DNA of 32,562 nucleotides from Hemiscyllium ocellatum (taxonomy: Eukaryota). Below the pieces are notes generated by a model that was not told the DNA's origin, did no database searches, and saw nothing but the letters and a program-made list of their open reading frames with translations. The stretch covers positions 1 to 32,562 of the forward strand of contig NW_026867508.1 in the NCBI RefSeq assembly GCF_020745735.1, read 5' to 3'. Shown piece after piece: positions 22,701-32,562 of this stretch; position 1 is the first letter of the stretch, and the number at the start of each line of letters is the position of its first letter. A program made the position numbers and the translations under genes.

Positions 22701-23879
22701 ACTGCTGGATCTCTGAATTCATACTAGTCATCAGATTTAATGAGGCATTAGCGAGCACACCAATGATGGTAGGGTTATTATTGCATGCAGTTACGTTCAG
22801 AATTGAAACATTTTGAATCTGAGTGCATGCAATTTACTTAAACCCACTGCCCTGTTCAGCCAACTGGATTTCGTATGTTTTCCCAAAATGGGATTCTGTT
22901 TTTTGATCCACTTCTTTTGAGTGGTTGAGCTGATTAAAGTAATTTCCTTTAAAGATATGAAACTTGTAATGTATCAATCAAAGTATCTGCAGCCATAAAG
23001 AATACATTCAAAGCAGCAGGTGGCATATCAACAGAGAGTTCACATTGGATTGAGCAGAACGCGTTCAAGGTGACATCATTTTCATTCAGAAGCAGAACAT
23101 GCAAAACATTTCTGAAAGACTTTCTGGCGATTGACCGATTGTTAAATGTCAACATGTGTCTTACAAACCCCTGAGATCTCCTTTCTTCTTCAATCCATCC
23201 ATCAGGTAAAATCCCCATTTATTTCCAACATAATCAGTCCAGAATTTCCATCTGCTGGGAATTGAAACGTGAATGACATTCGAAGACAAAGAGATCAGTC
23301 GTGATTTTATTGAGTGGAGGAGCAGTATGGTCTCATTCTGCTCCTACATCATTTGTTTGCATATATATTAGTGAATTAGACAATGGTTAAACCCAATGTT
23401 ATACCTCCAGAATCATACATTAGTAAGGATAAACAATGAAACACACAGCTAAATGTGTTCTACCCAATCCCTTAGAATTAAGGAGCTGTTGCAAAAGTAG
23501 GTATACTCATTAAGTTAATGCAGGCAGCTATTTGCCCCTCAAAAGCACGATTACAGTATACCCTTTCACTAAATGTTTGCTTGAGTCACATGTAAGCTGC
23601 TCGGGGCGTTAAAGATTGTGTGTGGGAATGGATGTCTGATGGACTCCAGTTAAACGAGAATGAGAAGACATTGCATGAGTAAGTGATCATGGAACACGTT
23701 GATCATTCTAATTAATTATAGCACTTACACATTCAAAATACACGTGATGGTAGAAGGTCGTTTGTGTGATGACGGCCACTATCCAATTTTCCAACACAGG
23801 CTTCAGCTTTGTGTTCCTTATTGCTTGTTGCATGTACAATCTATATAGATGAGAACGTGCCGGGGGTTGGGGTGAGGGA

Positions 23880-24620
23880 ATTGGTAGCTAAGTTTACAAT
23901 GATTGAAAACTTGGCTGGATGGTTGACAGCAAGCATGAAGGTCACAGTTTAAAGGCGGATATAAACAGATTGATCATGTGGCAGATCAGTAGCAGATGGA
24001 ATTTTACCAAAATAATTGTGAAAGGATGCATTTCGAAAGAAGCAAAAAAAAAGACAAGGAAATATTAAATGCGTGTTAGGAAACTTGGAAACTCAGAGGA
24101 ACGAGGAATCTTGGGGTGTTTGTCGACAGATCGCTAAAGGCAACATGGAAGTTTCTTCAAGCAGTTTAGAAGGCAAAGGGGATTCTTGCCTTTATGATTC
24201 GAAGCATATTACAACAGCAGTGAGGTTATATTGAAGCTGTGCAGGACTTTGCTTCGGTCACAGCTGGAGTGTTGTGGGTATTTCACGTCTCTTTAGGAGT
24301 AATATGATCGCAGTTAAGGTAGACCAGAGTTGGTATACCAGTATGAATAGGATGGATATAAAGGAGCTATTCCCCTCAGTTGGACGATGAGTAAGAATGA
24401 GGCATCATTTTAAAATGAAAGGCAGGAGGTTCAGAGGGGAATTCGGATAAAAAGAAATCACCCAGAGAGTGGTTGCTTGAGTTGAGATAGGTAAATTCAA
24501 AATTATCCAAACATAACTTGGAGGAGCGTTGGGTTTTGTGCTGCAAAGTATAGAATTAGCGTATTTTTTCGGGTATACTCCTGATGGGCTGAGAACCCAA
24601 TTCTGAAATAGATGATTCAA
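23880..24620 (+). mobile_element. CR1-clade LINE 3' fragment (RT C-terminus)
   Basis: GTAGCTAAGTTTACAATGA (KFADD-like), GCAGATGGAATTT, CACAGCTGGAGTG and TTTAAAATGAAAGGCAGGAGGTTCAGAGGGGA are typical CR1 blocks. Confidence 0.75.
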
Positions 24621-27039
24621 CGGTTTTGTTTTCTTGAAGTTATGGTGGTAAGTGGAAATATAAAATGTGCTGATGCAGACTGGACGGGAAGTTTAACAGT
24701 ATGATAGAATCGGTAATGTCTCTATTGGCTCCTAGATTTATCAGGCTCTTCTGCAAAAATATTTGTGACAGTTTTATTCCAGGATACTTTGATTTCATGA
24801 TAGCCCTGCCATTGACCGCTAAACGCTGTGCTTCACTTTGTAGTGGAAGTTTTTTTTGTGAGTCTGAACAAACCACACATCCATAAGAGGGAGAACCACA
24901 GAAAGTTTTCAGTAATTTTTGCGTACAGTTCAGATTTCTTTTCTATTACTTTGAGGTTGAAAGCACAGAAATATATGGCAGTGTCATCAGCTGCCGCCCC
25001 AAAATGGTTAAACTGGTGAGTTTTATTCTGGTTCGGAGTTCTGCAGAGAAGCTCCTTATCTAGTTATTGCCGGTACCAATACAGATAATAGATGTTTTCT
25101 GTTGTACTGGATGTGCATCTCAGAGTCATTGCTTCACGCTGTCTCCTACTCTCAGAAGGCTGAGACTGATTTATGTAATTTCCGTCACCCCGTTTTGTAA
25201 CATGTTCAGAAGGAAGAAAATACTGTAATGAAAACTTCACTCGAATAATTATGCACTTTTATTTTGAGCATGAAAAAATTGGACTATTTCTTACCGACAA
25301 TGAGAATTGTGAACAGAAGTCAGGTGCGGAATATCCGCGTGGCTGCTGCCGACTGACAGTTTGCACTAGAAGAGTCTCCTATGGGTTGAACGACACTTCC
25401 TGATGTAATGGTTCGCTTCCAGCTGTATAATCCCAGGTGCAGACACCAAATATTGAATTGAGCTTCAGGTTAGGATCTGGTCACCTGCAGTTTTGTCCCA
25501 CTGTATAATCTCTCTGATTGTCAAGAGTTCTGACAAGGAGTCTGCTAATCATCTCTGAAAGTAAAAGCAGCAGCACAAATATAACAGGCAGATAACAATT
25601 CAATGGAAAAGCAGATTGGAAATAGATAGAGGAGCGGAAACTTTGTAAAAAATTGGAAAAAGTGAGGGAGTGTTTCACGTCAATGTTTCCAGTCTTGGCT
25701 CCATAAACAAAATTCAGATAATTGCCTGGAGAAAACATGGATTAGTAGGAACTAGAAGAATGCAGTTATCTTCCGTTCGACTGGAATTCCCCTTCACATA
25801 TTTCACCAGAAAGGTTTGGCGGAGGAGGGGTGGGGGAGCAAAGGGTCATGCCTTCGATGTAACCTACACTAAAAAAAACCAAAGCATCGTGCCTTAAAAA
25901 TACGAAAATGCACAAGGAGGCAAACACATATAAAACCACACATGCTCAACACTAACATTCAGATGCAGACAACGTTGAATTATGCTTCATGAACATTGAT
26001 ACAAAAGGAATTACACATCGATAATAAATGCTGTTCGAGTCATCAATAACCTCATCTCATGAGCGAATGAAGAAAATGTTTTGCATTACTTCAGAGGAAG
26101 AATCTTGGACAAACGTTATGGAAACGCCTATGTGTTTAGCAGATACCTAGCATAACATTTTTTTTGAGAAAAGAAAATAATACACTTGGACTAAGACAGG
26201 CAGACAAGGAAATTAACCACCGTGAACAAATATTGTCACCCATTCCCACGCACATATCGAGTTTGTTATTCATCAGAAACACTAAAATTACTACGCACAA
26301 AGACACATGAACAAAGGAACTTGAACATTTAAATTAAAAGTACTTAACACAAATTAAGTTGCCTTTGAGGCCACGACTTCCTTCGTGAATATTTATTCTC
26401 AAAAGGTGCCGAGAATAATTTGCAAACAATAAGAATCAAAACAGTTTGATGTCATATTTTGATAATTTGTATTAGTTTAGGGATTGATGTACACAATTAG
26501 ATGATAAAAATTGACACCTTGCAAAACAGGCATAGATCTGAATAGGTCGCCTCCTGATTTCAATGAGCGTTTGGCACACAAAAGATGATAGTTGCATTCT
26601 CAATGCGTGGTTATAATTTGAAATCAATTCATAATTTGTCTGTAGACACTGAAACTCAATTTGCAATTCCCTTCCAGGAGGTTGTCATTTCTTGTGATAT
26701 AGAGCATGGATGCTACGTGTCTCGAAGCCACGAGCTCCTTCACGTTTAGAGTACGTCCAGGTACTTTCCAACATATCATTGGAAATAATGGGGGCGTAAA
26801 GTATGCAGTAAACTATAGAAAGCTGCACATTCAGTCGAGGATACTGTTTCCTCTGCAGTTGGCATGAATGCATGGTGAAAAAGCGTGCATGGATTCGTTT
26901 GCATAGATAATTGGCGAAAACAAAAGCGAAAACTGGGGATGGGCTCAGCAGAGATTACCAAAGTATCCATATACTGCAATAGAGCAGAGAGATTGTGAAA
27001 ACTATCAGGAATATAACTACAATAGACAAGGGGACAATG

Positions 27040-27650
27040 CTAAGAGGGTGCGCTTAATGCAGGATGTAGGGCACACAATATACAAAATAATCTAAGTGAG
27101 CTTGTAACACAGGGGTTGAAATTGGCGAGTAGGCTGTTATGGGCATCACATACACTTGGTTACAAGGGGATCAGTGCTGAGCACGAAAGATCCAAAGATA
27201 TTGGAAGGACAGACAAATGGGCAGAGTAGCAGGATTTTCTTCTTTGTAAGAAATTAACTTAAATCAAGAACTATAATTGATTGTGGGTTCGGAAGTATTG
27301 AATGTGTTTGGGTAGATATGAGAAACAACAAAAGAAAAGACCCCCTGATGGAGTTATTGGACAGGCCATTCCTGAGCAGAAAATAAATCTGGATAATGGA
27401 GAAGGCATGTAACAAAAGCACAATTACAACAACAATGAGTGATTTCAGTATGCAGTCAGAGCGGGAAAGATAGATTGGTCACGAAACCCAAGGAACTAAA
27501 TCCGTGAATATCAACGAGTCCCTTGTGGTAGAGCCCATTTTCTACAGATAATTCTGGATTTGGCGGTACACAATAACGCCTGAATAGCAAACTTTAAGTT
27601 GAAGGCAATCTTTTTGGATAGTGACTATACTATCAGAAAAAAAAGATTAT
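27040..27650 (+). mobile_element. CR1-clade LINE fragment (AP-endonuclease domain)
   Basis: Decayed motifs: GIT.TWLQGD, RKDR..GR, IECVWV..RN.K, DF.MQ.D/EWE, ILDL, GDSD. Confidence 0.75.
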
Positions 27651-27689
27651 CTTGCAGATTGAGGGAGAGTTGCTTGAATTAGACGTAAC

Positions 27690-28660
27690 CGATTTAGAAG
27701 GCGCTTACAACACATACACAACATCCTTACCATTGTAAAGTTCACCAATGAGAAAGATAATAATAAAAGCTTCCACTTCCTCGATGTCACATTAGAACAA
27801 GAAGACAAACGAAAACTGCAGACCAGCGCTCACAGGAAAACCACACAACTGAACGTACACTCAACTGCAGCAGAAAACATCCAAAAGTGTAGCTGCATCA
27901 GGACATTAGTTAAAAGAGCCACAACACACTGCAGCACGCAGGACCTCCAAGAAGTCGAGGAAAAACACCTACACAACGTATTCAGGTAAAAGTACCCAAT
28001 AAGTGCAGCCCATCAATTTGTACACGACAGACGTAAACAGGAAGACACAACGCACCCAGAGACTCTAGCCACACTGCCATACATTACATACATCTTGGAG
28101 ATGACGACCAGATTACCTCAGCCCCTAGGCATCAGAATATTTCACAAATCTACTACCACACTGACACAGCTCCTAATGAATTTAACAAACCCTATACCAA
28201 CAAGCAGCAGAATGATTGTCATTGTCAAATACCTTGCAAGGTCTGCACAAAACATTACATTGGATAGACGAGCAGGCAACTAGCCACCAGGATCCATGAG
28301 CACCAACTTGCTGCCATGGCCAGCTATCATCAGTATTCAAACACACAGACGAAGAGCATCACCAGCTTGACTGTGAAAAGTATCCTTCTTGGGACAGACT
28401 AAACAATGACATGCACGGGAATTCCGAGAGGCCTGGGATTCAATCTGCAAGTCCATTAGCAAACGTATCTATTTCCACCCATTTATCAACCTCACAGAAA
28501 ACGAACCGGAAGTGATACCATTCAACACAACGCACCAAGTCTCATAAATAGCAAGCGGGACTGCACACCAGCACACCATCGGAGGCTCACTGATGATGTG
28601 AGCTAGCGTGGTGACGAAACGTCTGAGAACAAATCTGGAGCTCAAGGAACTAAAAAACAA
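27690..28660 (+). mobile_element. Penelope-like retroelement, 3' part (RT thumb plus GIY-YIG), decayed
   Basis: FHFLDVTLE..., SCIRTLVKRATTHCST, ETLATLPYI, LGIRIFHKSTTTL, IPCKVCTKHYIG, LATRIHEHQLA, HAREFREAW, with an A-rich end. Confidence 0.85.
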
Positions 28661-28900
28661 CACAAATTTAAAAAAAAGAAAACTAACGGGGGTTGGTGCA
28701 AGTCACTGCCATGGACAGATTGCCTGACCCGTAGAAAACAAAGATAGGAGATAAAGGGGTAGCTATCGGGATGAAAGACGATGTCTCGTGGTTTAATGTG
28801 TGGACCACAAACAATCACATTATATTTTAATAATATGAATGAAGAAACTGACAGCACTTGTTGCAAAGTTTGCATACAACACAGATAGGTCGTGGATCAA

Positions 28901-29220
28901 GGGGCGGAGCGGTAGCTTAGTGGTTAGCACTGCTGTCTCACAACGTTAGGGACCCGGGTTCAATTCCAGCATTGGGCGACTGTCTGTGTGGAGTTTGTAC
29001 GTTCTCCCTGTGTCAGGGTGGGTTTCCTCCGGATGTTCCGGTTTCTTCCCATAATCCAAAGATGTGCAGGTCAGGTGAATTGGCCATGCTAAATTGCCCA
29101 TAGTGTCAGCGGTGAGTATAAGGTAGGGGAGTGGGTCTGGGTGGGTTACTCTTCGAAGGATCAGTGTGGACTTGTTGGGCCGAAGGGCCTGTTTCCATAC
29201 TGTAGGTAATCTAATCTAAT
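28901..29220 (+). mobile_element. Full-length HE1-type SINE (tRNA head, V-domain core, CR1-derived tail)
   Basis: A box TAGCTTAGTGG, B box GGTTCAATTCC, core TGTCTGTGTGGAGTTTGTACGTTCTCCC and tail GGACTTGTTGGGCCGAAGGGCCTGTTTCCATACTGTAGGTAATCTAATCTAAT. Confidence 0.92.
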
Positions 29221-29224
29221 GCTG

Positions 29225-29960
29225 GCGAGCTAAGAAAGAAGCATGACGATTCCAGCAGGATCGCACAGTGAACAAAGAAATGGCAGCTGGAATATAACGT
29301 TGAAAATGTGGGGTTTTGCACTTTGATTTGAAGAATAAAGGCATGCACTGCATTCTAAAAGCTTTGGACATCTGAAGCACAAGCAGGCATCGGTGCACTA
29401 GTTTAGAATTCTCCTCAAAGGAACGTGAAATTTCAGTTGTCAGGAAGACGAATTTAACGTTTGCATTGCTTTGAAGAGTGCTGGAACACAATAACTGGGA
29501 TGTAGTACAGACGCTGTATAATGCTCAGATCAGACCGTATTTGGAATATTGTGAACACTTTTGAGTTCTGTATCGCAGGAAGTATGTGGAGGCCTTGGAA
29601 GAAGTCCCAATGTGGAGTGCAAGAATGATCTCGGGGATAAGAGCCTTGTCACACTAACAAATGTTTGAAGAATCTAGGTATGTAATCGACGGAGATGAGA
29701 AGAATGAGATGGAATCTACCTTAAACTTACAGAATATTGAGAGGCCAGGTTCGAGTATTTTTAGAGAGAACTTTCTCATAGTAGGAAAGATGAGGAACTG
29801 AAGGCACAACATTTGAGTAAATGAGACATGTTTAAGAAATGAACTGAGGGGGATTGTATGGACCTCAATGTTGTAGAACGCTGTGCAGGCCAGGTCACAA
29901 GTCTCTTTACATCAGAGATATATATGATGGCCGAATCACGTTGTGGTGCTTTTTTCTATC
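29225..29960 (+). mobile_element. CR1-clade LINE 3' fragment
   Basis: ATGGCAGCTGGAATATAACGTTGAAAATGTG (WQMEYNVEKC), CAGACCGTATTTGGAATATTGTGAACACTTTTG (RPHLEYC..FW) and GAGGCCTTGGAA. Confidence 0.75.
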
Positions 29961-30217
29961 ACACTATTAAGAGAGTACCTAAAAGGGGCGATTGAGACGG
30001 AATTGAAGAGATTATTGCACAAACTTTCAATCACAAAATTGGTGCGCTTTTTCCCATCTATTACAACTTTGATTTTCTGCCACAAAAGTGAAAAATAATG
30101 TTATGTCGCACTCGTTTTCCTCAACTTCTGAGGATCTTTGGCCTTATATCACTACGGTAAATATTGCAATGACAAAAATGTACAATTCGGTAATTGATTG
30201 GATTTCCCACACCTTTC

Positions 30218-31110
30218 CTAGTTTATTAACGTGACAAATATTTTCCAAAGATTCTTTGCTGCATTCTTCAACTATATTCTGAATTTATCTGTGTCTCAGC
30301 ATAAATACATGGGTTGGTGCAACAGCGATGGAATTGAAGTATGCTTCTACTTTCTTGCTGAATGGATATTGAATCATTGAAATTGGAACCTGAGAAATAA
30401 GGTTTGGTCATAATTTTCACAGAGAGAAAATCCACCACATATGTCATCCACAACAGGATGAAGCTTCCTGAGATGGTGAAGAGTAAAACAATGGACTTTC
30501 GCCAGCTCTCCACCTCAGGATAACTGGGATTTTCTCCACTGCTCATGCTTGCTCGTAGTGGCCTTCGGGCTCGATTGGCTGCGAGAATGTATTTGACAGT
30601 CAGTGCATTGAGCAGTAATATGAGGAGAAAAGGTTGAACTGTGCAAAGCCATCATAGGTTGTCCATGCCAATTAAGTAGAGAATTTTGATTTTATGTTAC
30701 AAAACCATGACATGGTGTAAATTATAATAGAATGGTTCTTACATAATCTACCAGAGGATAACTTTTTAAACAACTCAAGAAATCGACTATTCCTCTGACG
30801 ACAGCCACTGTTTTCTCTGTGTAATGTTGTGTTTTCTGATTCCAACTGGTGAGGAATCACTCAAAGGCGAGAGCAACTGTTAACCAGGCAGAACTTTCTA
30901 CAGCTGCAGAGATGGTCAGAATGCTGGCTGTAAATACTGGAGTAATAGACATAAAACTAACTAGGAAATAAATGCCAGTAATCCAATTGAAGATCACAGC
31001 ACTGATAACTATCAAGAGATCCGTCACTGCCATAGACACCAGATATCGAGTGATGCATCCAGAGAGACCACATCTTCCTGCGGTGAAGATCATGATCACC
31101 GTAATATTTA
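30218..31110 (-). pseudogene. GPR139/GPR142-like GPCR pseudogene (exon 2)
   Basis: It reads VNITVIMIFTAGRCGLSGCITRYLVSMAVTD...AWLTVALAFE*F (stop at the DRF Arg codon), WFCNIKSKFST*, PFLLILLLNALTVKYILAANRARR, KSIVLLFTISGSFILLW, TNPCIYAETQ. It has several frameshifts and the expected acceptor reads TG. The probable original stop is TAG at 30220-30218. Exon 1 was not identified. Confidence 0.9.
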
Positions 31111-32562
31111 CATAAAGGGACAAAGAAAAACGACACGACTAACCAGACACATAATTGTGTAAGGTTTGACATGTTGGCATCACTTCTGAAAGGAAGCAAG
31201 AGCATTATTTTTGTAACTTCGGTGACAACTCCATCTCACCAATAAAAATGCCAACTTACATTTATGTAGCACCTTTAATATAATTCTCATAAGACGATTC
31301 AGATAATGGTTACAGGGCAAATGTCGGCGCTGACATACAGAGGGCAGCTTGTGTATTTGAAAAGAACAACATTTACACGTCAGCTGACATATATTCTTCA
31401 AGTAAACTACAAGTAGACTTGAAAAAAACTTAAAATAATACTGGCGTCAAATCTAATATCACCTGATGGTAACTGATATAGCTGTATGAGTGCTTAGACT
31501 TAGACAGATAGAAAGATTCCACTCAGGGGGTGTGGACTGAAACAGAGGGAAAGGTGAAGTCATCACAATCCCAGAGGATCGTCGGGCTGATTACTTGGAG
31601 AGATGACTGTTGATGGTACTGTTCACGATGCCTTCCATCACTTTCAGAAATCACAGAAGAGGCAGTTGATTTGATTGCATTTATCTTGAGTTTTAACAAC
31701 AGACTAATTCTAACAATCTTTGCATATTCGTATTTTCTAATCAGCTCTTTTGAATGGCAAGTAACATTCGTGTCACACACATGCACGACAGGGCAAATCT
31801 GCAACAACTGACAAACCATTCAACATCCTTTTTTTATCGTTAGCATTGCTGAACACCCCAACTATCAAAATGCTGGTAGTATCAAATGACTGAATTTGAA
31901 CTTGACGAGAAATATTAATAATGTAGATGAAAGAGATAGTTTACACGACAGGAAGTTAAATCTGCAACAGAGAGCGCGGCGAATAACAGAATTAATGACT
32001 GTACAAAACCCCAAAGCCTGCCCATGAGCTTCAATCAACAATTCATATTTGTGATGCAACACCTCCGACTTGCCTGCTGAATGCAGAGTCCACATCATCT
32101 GGGGAAGACCAAATCGAATGATGGGCATCATTTGCAAAAGGTATCACTCCTTCCATTTCAAATACACGACAGAATTTGCTACTGGCTGGAAGCATAATAT
32201 TATGTAGAAAAGTATAAATTTGTTTTATTTTGGAACAAATTCTGGTCAGCAGCCACAGCTAAAAAGTGACACGAAACCCCATCATTGTGCAGATTTTCAA
32301 ATTAATGTCCATTATCTCTTTCTATTGTCGTCAGTACCACCGCAAGCTTATCGAAAGTTGCATTGAAAAGTTTTAACAATAAGATCTTCGATTGCAGTTT
32401 TCCATTTGGACAGAGGCCGAGCAGGCCTGGATTTCTGAACAAATGTTATCAACATCAAACCCCGAGCGCAAGCTGCCATCAGGGAATTGGGCACGCTTAA
32501 CTTTTTCACTTCATTAATACATTATTACTTTTCTGAAAGAATTCCATGATTCAACCTATACC

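Noticed and set aside
25460-25520. Minus-strand SGTKLQVT, J-like
   Set aside because: No RSS, no donor and no FG.
26600-26860. Minus-strand ETVS..C...YFQ*Y, V-like
   Set aside because: No D-x-A-x-Y-x-C end and no RSS.
31500-32140. Possible exon 1 for the GPCR pseudogene (e.g. PIIRFGLP)
   Set aside because: No matching phase-1 donor after the G-x-P motif, so it could not be assigned.

Overview
This is vertebrate genomic DNA, almost certainly from a cartilaginous fish. The HE1-type SINE and CR1 tails end in (TAATC)n, which I associate with bamboo-shark-like carpet sharks; that assignment is inference. Nearly all ORFs in the supplied track are spurious or are fragments of spliced or decayed genes. 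(1) Bases ~460-12,900, minus strand, hold a decayed T-cell-receptor alpha/delta-type V array. It contains a recognisable NAR-TCR-like cassette in this order: an IgNAR-V-like segment (12538-12806), a J segment with 12-RSS and GTAAG donor (10001-10051), and a leaderless supporting-type V-delta with a CDR1 cysteine and 23-RSS (9248-9527). Two extra 23-RSS copies follow, then two conventional V-alpha/delta pseudogenes with 23-RSS (5973-6272 and 503-804). All of these segments are disabled. (2) An intact two-exon class A GPCR of the GPR139/GPR142-like family lies on the plus strand: join(18189..18258,19687..20588), 323 aa. A convergent pseudogene of the same family lies at 30218-31110. (3) The rest is decayed CR1 LINEs, two Penelope-like elements, HE1 SINEs, CT-rich tracts and a local 257-bp duplication flanked by 34-bp direct repeats. 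All V/J calls come from manual translation and motif reading, not from database searches.
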